A stretch of 64,000 nucleotides of DNA from Salisapilia sapeloensis CBS 127946 (Eukaryota > Protista > Oomycota), in the NCBI GenBank assembly GCA_023334545.1, contig JAADVB010000040.1, positions 1 through 64,000 of the forward strand, in the 5' to 3' direction. Below are positions 23,428-35,000 of this stretch, piece after piece (position 1 is the first letter of the stretch; the number at the start of each line of letters is the position of its first letter). The position numbers were made by a program, and so were the translations under genes. The notes beneath the pieces were generated by a model. The model ran no database searches. It was not told where the DNA came from and worked only from the letters and a program-made list of their open reading frames with translations.

Positions 23428-23787
23428 CTATTCGTCATCATCGTCGCCACCTTCGAGCGTCGGTGCCTCGCCGATCTCACTGCGAACGTAATTGTACTTG
23501 CCAGTGCCCTTGAACACGTTCTGGTTGCTGCTGCCACCCGCGTTCGGGGGAGTCGGCGCCTTTGCCTCCGGTAGTCCAAGCGTCTCCGTCTTGAAGTTGT
23601 CCGAAAGCGCTGGCCACGCCAACCAGCCCACTGTCAAGGCCGCAGGAGCTGCCCATTGACCTATTAAAGAGTTTGCCAAGTTACTGAATGAACCGCGATA
23701 TTATAGGATCGTAAGGAAGAGCGTACTGTAGCCAGCGAGGGTTTTGCCGAGGTGCACGGCGTTGTTAATAGAGCGTTGCGATGCCAT
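23428..23787 (-). CDS. Small single-TM protein, 2 exons, 97 aa; tentatively complex III subunit QCR10/UQCR11-like
   Basis: Exon 23787-23727, a 66-nt GT-AG intron and exon 23660-23428 give MASQRSINNAVHLGKTLAGYSQWAAPAALTVGWLAWPALSDNFK...EIGEAPTLEGGDDDDE. Codons are strongly C/G-ending. The gene itself is well supported; the product assignment is weak. Confidence 0.7.
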
Positions 23788-24071
23788 CGTCGTAGTCTTC
23801 GGGTTCTGGTGGTTTTATAGCCGCTGGTTGTGTCGTAAGATATTTAGCTTACATACTAATTTATTGTAGACTAAATATACGCTTCTATTGAAGTGGAGAT
23901 CTTGAAGAGAAGGAAGAGGTAGCGATGATAATTTCGATTCGATTGCAAAAGCTCATTCATATCTACATCCTCCGTCCAAGAGCTTGCTCGTATAGTTAAA
24001 AAGGGAAATAGGTAGGTTCTGGTCTCGCTTCACCTGTCGTGTACGAGTAATTCCCATACAACGTACATGGC

Positions 24072-25379
24072 TTACATGACGATGCACCTGGATTCATGCT
24101 TGGATGCAGGCATGGAAGTCGTTAATTGTCGGTCCAGATTCTTCATTGCCGAAGAGACATGGGCTACAAAGTATGGAAGCCAGATACGATCGTAAAGGAA
24201 TCGACTTGTAAAGGTAAACTCGTCTTTCACAGCCTGTGCTTCCTTGTCGCCACCCCATGCACGACAGCGCTCGACGATCCACGGAATGACGATTTTCTTT
24301 GAATGGCATGCACGGAAGATACGAGGCATGACATACCTCTTGAAAGACTCTTGAGTGAACGTATGCGCCAAGGCTTCATTATAAGCCTCTTCTTCGACCG
24401 TGAGAACACTGTTTAGTAAGGTATTTAGCCGACGTATCGCCGACTGGAGCTTGGCAATGTGGTCATCCCATGTAGTCGATGCGTTACGTACAGACTGGAT
24501 GACACTTTTCTCCATGGCAACGACTGTCTCTAGGAGTTCATCAATGGAATCGTAGCATCGTGAGACTTCACGCTTGACAGTATACTTGACCTGCAACAAT
24601 GGCAATAGGACTTTCGTCTTCACATCATGCTGGTAGCGTAGGAGTTCTACAAAATGCAGTTTGAACCAAGTGAAAAACTCGCCAATGTTCCACTCCATCG
24701 GAGCGTCCCTATTCCGTCGTGGGGACAAGAAGCGATCAATGACGTACAACGCATGACGCACTGGCTCATGGATACAGAGTAAGAATTTCTCATTCCAGGC
24801 GCCATTCAGCTTCCCTGCTCGTGGCAAGACAGTCGAAAAGATGGCCTTGTCTCCTCTGTGAGATGGACCGGACACTGGGATGCTGGAGATGCGACCGAGG
24901 CCGTTTGCAGATATCGTATTAACGCGTTCGAGAGCCTTGATAGAAGCAGGGTATGGCATTTTTATCTTACCATTGGGCGAACTGTCTTCTTCTGCAATCG
25001 TATCGTACTCTTGGCCTTCATATGCATGTGTTTTTTGCTTTGGTACGGCGTACGAGACCGCGACGTGGTCACTAGTGACTTTTTCTCCTGGTAGTGGCGC
25101 CCAAATGTTCGGATAAATGTCGCCTTGAAGACCTTCATAGCCCGACTTGTAGTCAATGGAGCTCACAGCGTATGCGATTTGGGAGATGTCAATGTATTGC
25201 CGGGAAATCGGAGCTGATCCGTGCCTCGAATTCGACGATTCAAAGTCCTCGAGCGTCCAGATATTCGAGTAAAAGTCCATGTCTTCCGAGATGTCAAGCG
25301 ATGGCTTTTTTCGTCTTTGGCTGCTAATCGCCCAAGGTTTGCGGTAGACAGTAGGACCTTCGTATACGGCGGCCGTCAT
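24072..25379 (-). CDS. Protein with C-terminal hemerythrin-like four-helix domain (degenerate ligands), ~435 aa
   Basis: Long ORF. Segments LLCIHEPVRHAL and FFTWFKLHFVELLRYQHDVKTKVLLPLL resemble the HxxxR and HHxxEExxxFP motifs of hemerythrin-like domains. The N-half is low-complexity. Start chosen at ATG 25379. Confidence 0.65.
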   Translation of the reverse strand: MTAAVYEGPTVYRKPWAISSQRRKKPSLDISEDMDFYSNIWTLEDFESSNSRHGSAPISRQYIDISQIAYAVSSIDYKSGYEGLQGDIYPNIWAPLPGEKVTSDHVAVSYAVPKQKTHAYEGQEYDTIAEEDSSPNGKIKMPYPASIKALERVNTISANGLGRISSIPVSGPSHRGDKAIFSTVLPRAGKLNGAWNEKFLLCIHEPVRHALYVIDRFLSPRRNRDAPMEWNIGEFFTWFKLHFVELLRYQHDVKTKVLLPLLQVKYTVKREVSRCYDSIDELLETVVAMEKSVIQSVRNASTTWDDHIAKLQSAIRRLNTLLNSVLTVEEEAYNEALAHTFTQESFKRYVMPRIFRACHSKKIVIPWIVERCRAWGGDKEAQAVKDEFTFTSRFLYDRIWLPYFVAHVSSAMKNLDRQLTTSMPASKHESRCIVM

Positions 25380-26064
25380 GGTTGGAAGTAAAGGCGCGTA
25401 AAAGGGTAGCAATGAGACTTGGAGTAGAGAACTGATTACACACACAGGCCTTTGACCAACCACGGTATTGGTGAATAGGAGCTGTAGGAATGGATAGCAA
25501 TGATAACTTCAAACCTACAGATGAAGGGCAAGGCGTAAGTGAGTAGCTCAACTGGATATCTGGGAACTTGGAAAATGTGCTATGATCGACGGGAAGAGCT
25601 TGGTATCACGAATGGAAGCATGCGGGAACCAATGGTCAAATCGCTGACTCGGTACAGTCGATGTCGATTGGGCATACCTGAGATGAAGTCGAGCGAAGCC
25701 ACTTCTATCTTGTAGCCAATTGTAAAATGGTAGAGAAGTAGGTTGTCACGAGGATGGTGAATCATCTCGTAGCGTACCAAAATTTATGCCTGCCATGTTA
25801 CTATACCTTCGAACAGAACTGAGTTGAAGATCAAGATACTCGAAGAGCTATCTTTATCGCTTGTCCGATTCAACACACCGAACCGTTTCATGCCATGGCG
25901 GAAGGTCCGTTCAGGGCCTCTCGAAGTCGTTTTTCGGCATGAAACGACGCCGCCACGTTCCTTCATAATCGCTTTTGGGCTCCAAGGGTCTCACATCTCC
26001 AACGCTACCTTTTGCCGACTAGAAGCAGACAAGACCTTTTACTAGACTCGAATCGTACATTGGC

Positions 26065-29000
26065 ATGGGGCAATCCGTGTCACATGTCAGCGATATCGAC
26101 GTTGCTACGATCGGACATGGTCATCGACGGCGTGTTTCATTGCCGTACGTAGCTCTATCCGACGGCGTGACGCTAGCAGAGACTGCGCCATTGGCATCCA
26201 GTACAGAAGATGGCAAAGATATGGCGAGCAAGCTACTCGACTTTAATCGGTCACTCAGCTCTCTTCCAGATGCGCGAGATCCAGCAGACAAGGTTTTGAA
26301 ACCGTCCTCGAATGCCGAAGTAGAGTTTAATCGACTAGTAAAGTCCGTCGACTCGGTCGAAGAGCTCTTTCAATATATCTCGGAGCTCGCTTCTGCTCCT
26401 TCTTCGTCGTTGCCAAGTCTATCGAAGCAGTCGACTAAACTTCCGTCCTGTGGATTTGAAGCTCGCATTGCTTGGTATGTCCACAACCTGCAACAGATCT
26501 ACCAGACGACAAAGAAAGAGAAGGCTCGGTATGAGCAACAGCGAGCATCTGCTCGTGCGCTGGCAGCTTCTCAACGGAAGGTGATGCCTGCTCCACTTCC
26601 CTTGCCAACGCAGAGTTGCTTATCAATGGGATGGGAGCTCGTCATCCATCTACTTCGAGCCACTAGAAGTGAAAACCTAGCTCAGTACATGCAAGCTCTC
26701 GACTTGGTCAAGAAGAAGCTTCACTCGATCAAGCCGACTGCCTATGCCGACAGCTCCTACGTAGCTCCAACCGCTAGCTCTGCTTTCAACGACCTGTGTA
26801 ATTGCCTCCGTGATCTAGCAGGTAGTAGTTTGAATGGTAGCGACATGCAGGCGGATGCCAAGACGATCGAGACATTGACTGAAGTGGCGCTCGCGAGAGG
26901 TTCGTTGCCGACTCTGCTCTTTGTTGTCCGATGGTTGATGCAGCATCCTTCCTTAACCAAGATCAGCCTCCATGCTTCTATTGACAAGCTCGCTGCGATC
27001 AAGGAGCAGCCAATGTATGGCAAGTGGGAAGTGTCCGGTGAGCTCTATTGCTGTGGTCAGAACTCGTACGGTGAACTGGGGACAGGAGATGATCTGGAAA
27101 GGCATCAACTGTGCCAGATTTCATTAGCTGGATGGAAAAACATTCGTCAATTGGCTAGCGGAAATGAGCTCTTGACTGTCCTCACGGACAGAGGTGTGCT
27201 TTTAACGTGCGGATTGAACAAGAGCGGACAGTGTGGTCAAGGACACTTTGATGAGAGGGTCATGATGCTGCGTCCAGTGGCTGCCTTGCGCCATGAACAT
27301 ATAAAGTTCATTGCAGCGAGCAACGGATGTGAGCATCTGATTGCTGTGACTGCAACCGGTAAGGCTTACTCGTGGGGTTACAATGACCGTGGGCAGCTCG
27401 GTCATGAAAACGCACTTGGCAAAGCAAGCACACCAAAGCTTATTGAAGCGCTCAAGCACAAGAAAGTTGTCCAGGCTGCTGTGAGCTACCACCATTCTGC
27501 TGTCATCACGGACAAAGGGGCCTTGTACACGTTCGGAATGAACGATTGTGGTCAACTGGGTTTGGATACCACACACCATCAAGCTGTCCCTCACCTGGTG
27601 AAAGCGCTGTCCGATCAGCATGTTGCGACTGTCGCCTGTGGGCTGTACCACACTGTCATTGTAACTACAACAGGTGCGTTGCTGACGTGTGGTAAGAACG
27701 ACTATGGACAATTGGGTCTTGGACACAATCGCCAGGTAAAAGTACCAACGACAGTTACGTTGCAGGATGAATTGGCAAGCTTTATCGCTTGTGGCTACTA
27801 CCACACTGTAGTCGTAACTACCAATGGCAAGGTATACTCCTTTGGTCGGAATGACTACGGTCAGCTTGGCGTGGGTAACAAAGTTCATCAGAGTGTTCCA
27901 ACTCCAGTTGTTTTACCTGGTACAATGCGCATTGTACGTGCAGCATCTGGCTGTTATCACACGGTCTTGCTGTCAGAACAAGGGGAAGTATTCACCTTTG
28001 GTCGGAATAATAAAGGGCAGTTGGGTAACCGCGGAAGTACGGATGCTCTGCTCCCTATCCAGTTGAAGGTACGACCAGAACGTAGCTCTAGACGTTGTTT
28101 GGAGATTTCTGCCGGATTCTACACGACATCGCTACTAGTTGAAAGGAAGAAGGAGAATGACGATAGTGAGTCGACAAGTGTACCAGAGCAAGATTGTCTT
28201 GCGACGTTATGTGGTCGCGTCGAAATTGATCGTTCGGGTGAGATTGATGGACTGAGCAACTTTGGCTCTGTAGCTGCCGTTGGTGTCAATCTATTTGACG
28301 GCGTCTGGTTCTACGAGGTGGAAGTGGTGTCGAGTGGACTCATCCAGATCGGTTGGATCGACGGCCACTTCCAAGGCAGCTCAGACCAAGGCGAAGGTGT
28401 CGGCGATCATGCCCATTCGTGGTCATATGACGGCAATCGTCAGCGCCGATGGAACTGCGGGTCTTCTCAATATGGCGAAAAGTGGCAGGCAGGAGACGTC
28501 ATTGGGTGTTTGCTCGACTTGAGCAAGTGTGAGATGTCCTTCTTCCGAAACGGTATCAGCTTGGGCGTCGCCTTTGACAACATGAAATGCAACAAGGAAG
28601 ATCTTCAGACGGGGCTGATGCCAGGCATTAGTCTTGAGCGTGGAGAGATCATTCGTGTCAACCTCGGGCACTATCCATTCGCTTTCCCACCTCCGCTTCC
28701 AAGCGGCTTTGAACCTATTGTCAGAGCAATGGGGTCGCCTTGTGGCTCGGTCGTGCTTAAGGATATGGTTACGAATGGTGATTGCCCGCCAAAGCTGACT
28801 GGGCATGCCTGTGTTCGCATCGGCACGAAGCTTTTCGTTGTGGGTGGCTGCGTGGTATCTGCCGACGGAAAGCATAGCTCCGAGCCCTGCGCTCGTGTAT
28901 GGGCTTTCGATGAAACGTCAGGTAGTTGGGAAAAGTGGACAGACTTTCCAATGGACATTCGAAACCACCAAGTTGTCGCCATTGGAGAAGACCAGATCTT

Positions 29001-32000
29001 GGTCCTTGGTGGTGAATGCTCCACCGCTGCTTCACGCCACATGGATCTGTACAAGATCGCCGTCCAGCGCCAAGCGGATGGATCATTGCCTGAATGGCAA
29101 CTTGTACAGGCGACTATTGGGGCAGCTTCGTCGCTTCCTCCTGCTCGTTCCGGCCACGTATGTGCTGTAATATCGATGCGCTTGGAGCCTGTGGTATTCA
29201 TGTACGGTGGCCGATCGATCGAGGATGAAGTGCTTGGTGATACGTGGGTACTGTCGATGGAGGATGGAGCGTGGTCCAAGATACCATCGTCTCTATCATT
29301 AGATCCAGGTCCACGAGTTCATTGTTCTTCGGCTGTAATTGGAGAAAGTATCTACGTGTTTGGTGGACAAGACAAAGACGAGAAACTACGTTCTGACTTG
29401 TGGCGTCTGAACATGTTTGACCGCGTGTGGTACATTTGCCATGATGATAACATTACGTCAGATGATAAAGACAACAGGTCTCATCCAGGAGCAAGGATGA
29501 AGTACAGTATATGCGCTGATAGATGTAACCTTTGGATCTTTGGCGGTGTAGTAAAAAGTGGCGCCGTAGCGAAGGACTTGTGGTGCTATTCCGTCGTCTC
29601 AGGGGAATGGTCTGCCATAGAAGTAGAGTGTGAAGAGTTTATAGATGGAGTAAGTAGTGGCTTTATGTTCACAAAACTTGGTGAAGCCTCTGCTCTCTGT
29701 GAAGAGTATAAAGACGATGCATCTCTTTATTTCTACGCTGGTGAGATCTCTACCAACGGTCACAAAATGATGTCGAGTTCGATGCAACTTCTGACACCTT
29801 CCTTCTCCAGTCAGCAAATGACGTCAGACTGTACGAAGCACATGGCCACTCTCGCCAAGCCTAGTCACGTCATGAACGTTGTTAAAGCTCACTGTCATAA
29901 AACACGCTCGATGGAAACTCAAGAGCAAGAAAGTAGGTATGCAGGTACTTGCATTCTTGCTCACCTTTATCGCTTGCTCGGAACGGATATCCCCATGGAT
30001 GAAAATGAGCCGGTTCAACTTTCCTGCTGCAGCTACCAGAGTCTCTGTGTCGATCCTACTAGTGACACCTTCCGAGCTCTGTCGGATCTCGGTCATCACC
30101 TGTACAGTGAACTCTTTAGTGTATCTGGAAACTTGACTGCAAAAGACTCAGACTCGATGCTGTGGTATTCACTCCTGATTGTCATTCGTCTACTGAAATA
30201 CAACTTCTTCGAAGTATCACGATCATACCTTGAGGGTGAAGAAAGTGCTTTCGTCATTCCTGCCAACAAAGACGTTTTGCAGTCGATCCAAGAGCTCCTC
30301 TTCCAAGTGATTGAACGAATATCCGATGTTGCATATGGAAACAATGAGCTTCAATCCTTGAGTGAGGTACTCAAGCAAGAAGCTGCTTCAACAATTTCGT
30401 ACGGGTTTTCTATCATGTTCCCATCATTGTCTGATCGATTGAATATGATGAACGGACTGATGAGCTCACATGAAAAGAGTCCATTAGTGCATGCCAAATC
30501 AAGTGAACTCTTGGTTACGATGCTTATTCCAACACTTGCATCGACTAAAATGCTCTTTTCGTTTATGAACGAATCGACGATGATGACAGCCAACACGCCT
30601 CAAGCGATAGTGACTGGAAATGCTGCAAAAGCATTTCTGACCACGCTGTTTGACGAGTTGAATAAAGAAACGGAAAAGATCGTCCAAAGTTCGTCTGCAA
30701 GGTTAGATGCAGGTACTATCGTCTCTGCGTTAGAAGGAGTATGGAAGACCAACTACTTTAAATGCGTCAACGTGATGATTCGAGCATCGGTGTATTGGTG
30801 TTCATTCGGAACAGAGGAAGCGTGGGGTGTGGTAGAGCACGCTTGCTTTGCTTTGATCGGCCACACTTCGAAGCTTCTTCTCTCCATGGACGTTCAAGAC
30901 CCGGCAAAGTTGCTTCTCGTACCCGTCGTGCTCCATAAGAGCTATTCTGGAAAGCTCTTATCATTCATGCTTCTATCGATTCTGTCTTTGCCATCCGTAC
31001 GCAAAGAGCTGTCGACACGGTTCGATGGATTGTGGAATGAACTACAGGTCTTGAGCGCAGACTTGCACGCCTTGCTCTTGTGCCTTCAGGACCATGAGGC
31101 GACACAGCATAGCTGCTCAGTTATTTCCAATCTGCCCCATACTGCTGATGAAGTCCTCAGTAGCTTGCAATGCTCTGTACAGCTATCGGGTGAAATGACA
31201 AGCTATTTGGCCTTGTCAAATCCATCCGTCGTCACCTATGATGACGTATTGTCTATGCTGTGGACGAAGATATCACGGCAACAATCCTTCAAGGCAAACT
31301 TGCTTAGAGCAAGTGAAGATGCGTGGGATCTGTACCGTGTTTCGCTGCCATCGGAGCTTGTCAAACTACTTGGATGCCAGTCAATCCTGGTCAAGATAAG
31401 GAAGAATGCTTTGACGACGGATGTGGGAAGTGTGGCATACAGTACCTCAAACATTTCCTTTGATCCAAGCAGAATGGTGCTCTCGCAGCATGTCTACGTC
31501 CAGCGCAGCCATGATCGCCATCAAATGGCCGCAGTGGCTTCTGACCATTTTTCCAGTGGGACAGGCGTATCCAGAGCTACGTCTTTAGTACCTCCGTCAC
31601 CTGGTCAGCAACCAAAGGATAGTCTATCATGGCTAAAGGATCTTCAAATGTGCCTGAGTTGGGCTGGTAGTCACTTTGCCTCTTCATTGATTTCAGAAGG
31701 AAAACTAGGTGATGAGTTAGAAGGTCTGGATACACGTTGGCACAGTTCTTTACTGCTAAAAGGTGGGCTGGACAATGTCTCGACGTCTGATTCAGTAAGA
31801 AAGCAGAACCAACGTCTTCTGCAACAGATTCTTGATAACACGGGTCCTGGTAAGAGACTTGTAGATAGCATTCGTCAGGCGCTGGATCCTGGAGCGAATA
31901 CAGCGAACCCTGCATTACGCCTGAAGCTAAAACGTCAAGATAGTGTCGAAGCAGCTTTAGAAAAAAGTGGGGGATATGAAGCTGTTGATCGAGCGGTACG

Positions 32001-35000
32001 AGCAGCATTTGCTGTGCTCTTGAAACACTCAAACGTCAGTTATACGACGATTATTTACAATGAATCGAGAGCTCCGTCGGAACCGATTGTCAGTATATGG
32101 AGGACGGCGTTGCAACTTCGTCGATGGATTGTTCGTGAGCAGCAAAAGAGTGGTGGACGCACCGTTGCTTCTCCCTTGTCTTCTAATGAGAACACGAAAG
32201 AGCGACAGCGAGCACAGTATGAAGCCGTGTGCCAACCGATTGTCGAACGAGCGTTGGTGCTTCTACGTCTAACTCCATCAAGCTGGTCAAGTTCTAACGA
32301 CACACAACCGCTACAGCTTTTACCAGGATGCGAGAAGCAGCCAGCATACGATCAAGCTCAAGTTGACACAGAGCAAGAACAGGTAACGGCTTCTGAACAG
32401 CTTCACACGTTGGAAAAGTTCAAGTCACATCGTAAAATGGAAGAAGAGGATGAATGCGTCCAGACGGAAGTATTCGCTTTTCTCCAGGCAGCTCCAGGGG
32501 CAAAGCTGGAGACGAAGGACGGAGAGGAAGAAGAGAAAATGCCAGAGGATATAGCTACTATCTTTCCTCGAATACTGTTAAGTCAAGTTGCAAGGGGAGA
32601 AAGCCGTTTGAAAGGTTTGCGCATATTGCAAAAGATGGTCGATTACACAAGTTGTGTTCCAACTGCGCGATCGCACATCATATCTGCGTTATCTACTGCT
32701 TTTAAGCGCATAAAGATTACACCAAAAGTAGACGCGAATGGACACATCACGACAGAAGAAGTAGTGGAGAAAGATCATTTCCTGACCGAATTAGAATTCG
32801 CAGGATCGTCCATGTCGAATGCTATTCGAGACGAATATTATGCACTATTGAGTAGCCTTCTAAAGCTCATTGAACAAGACATTGACGTCATTAATGAAGA
32901 AATGGCTTCAGCTCATGCGATAGAAGAAGCTGCGACATCGATTTTACAAGTATTGGAAGCTTGTTGTCTTCCGTATGAAGATGGAGACTGGTCGAGGCTT
33001 TGTGAAATTCATCTACCTCTGATTCTAACAAAGTTGAGCACGTGGAAGTACTGGAAGAAGTTGCTTACAAGTAGTGCTTGGGAAGAGCAGCAGGGCGATC
33101 GCAATCAGAGCGAAGTACTTCCGATTCTTCCAGCAGCAATTCAGTTCAATTATCCCAAAATTATTTCTGGGCGTAACATTACCATCGGCACCGACTTGGA
33201 GACACTTGTCTTCTCCCATTCAGGTGGCAAAGGCTTGCAAGACAGCTATCCTGGAGGCCTTGTTGTCTTCGATCAAGAATTTACTAGAGGACGTTGGTAC
33301 TTTGAGCTCCTCATTCGAAGTCAGGATAGCTATCCCGTGTTTGTCGGAACTGTTCCTAGTACAATAGATCTCAATGGCTACACAGTCGATATGACCGCTG
33401 GTGTCTACCTTTGCGGCCCGAACGTCGCTACTGACATAATCAACGGTGCTACTATTCGTTGTGATGCGGAAGAAGTCATTGGTCTTTTGCTTGATTGCTC
33501 CACGAATACTCTTGAAGTGTATAGGTGTCAAGTACGCGAGAAGGTGCTGAGGCTTCCGCTCCAAGATGATCCGACTGGTAGCTCCCACCCTGCAATTGGT
33601 CTTCGTGACGCTGAAGTGCACTGGAACTTGCGACCAGAAGTACCTGTGAAGCTGTGGAGTCAGACTGAAGATTACCAGGTAAAACCTTCATGGACGAAGG
33701 GCTCCATGAGTGCGATTGGCGTCGATGGCTCGACACTCGGTTGGACATTGTCAAATAAACGGCAGAACATTTCATTAGCAAGTGATTGTAAAACGATAAT
33801 TGCTGGTTGTCTCAGCGGTGACGAAGACTCTTATGAAGTGCTTAGCTGCATTCGAGGCTTTTCGAGCGGCAAGTTGTATATTCAAGTACACATTTTATCT
33901 GCAGGATGGCACGGTCATTGCAACTTGTCCTTTGGATTTGTTAGTGAAAGCTCTCGGAAGACCACTACTACTTTATCAGAAAAGGTTGAGATCGTTTTAA
34001 ATGAATGGGACGAGTCCACTTCGTTAGGTCCAATCGGTATATTGTACGACTTTGATGAGATGGTGATCCATGCCACTGCTCAAAGCAAGAAGCACGCTTG
34101 TAGTTTTTCTAAAACGCAAGCTGGCGAACTAGTATTCCCGACGCTTGAAGCTTGCTGCAACGGAGTCGTATTTACAACAGATTTCCATCCGAAGGCTCAA
34201 ACAGAGCTACCACCATCGGTTATTGTGCCTCGAATCGTGCGTAAGAGTGTTAGTCAGAACGCCAGTTTAAAGAAAGGTAATCTGCTGCACTTCCAAGTAC
34301 ACTCTTGCGATGGAGGCGAATACAATGCGTCGCATTCTGCAAGCAATTGTGTCACAAATGATGCAAATGTCTACAGCTCCATTCGTGATCGGAATGTAAA
34401 TCTCGTGTTAAAGCACAATGTGGACAGCCCCTTCTGTCTTACGTCAGTTGGCATTCGCTCACCAGGTGTCGGATTCTCGAGCCCCGTGAAAAACGCGCTT
34501 GTGTTCGTGACTAGCCTTCCGCCGAATTTGGACGTGTATCAAGACTTTGATGATTTGACGGAAGACGAGTTTGCTGCTCTACCGTTTGGTCCAGCTGATA
34601 TCAACTCGCCACGAGATGAAAGACTTCCAGTCGCTTACTTGTCTGTTGATGGTGCGAGTGGTTGTATCATGAACTTGGCGTATCCTGTCTTAGGACGCTA
34701 TGTACTCGTGAAGCTACTGAGTGCATCAGGCGGTTCGAATATCGACGTCGGTTACATCGAGCTAAATGGTGACTTCGATGCTGACAATGGCCCAGCTTAT
34801 GGAGAAGAGGGTGTGCATAATACCAAGTGCGACGAGTGTCAAGAACCGATTTCAAATGGTGTGCTTTATACGTCTAAATCGGAAGATCTGGAGAAACTGT
34901 GTGCAAGCTGCTACGATGCCAATCGTGGTCATCTTGACATGTCTTATTACGTCCACACGAAACTTTCATCAAGTGAAAGCGATGATCAGGTCTCAGCTGA

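Noticed and set aside
25463-26045. Several 60-75 aa ORFs between the hemerythrin-like and HERC genes
   Set aside because: No motifs and inconsistent frames; likely a divergent promoter region.
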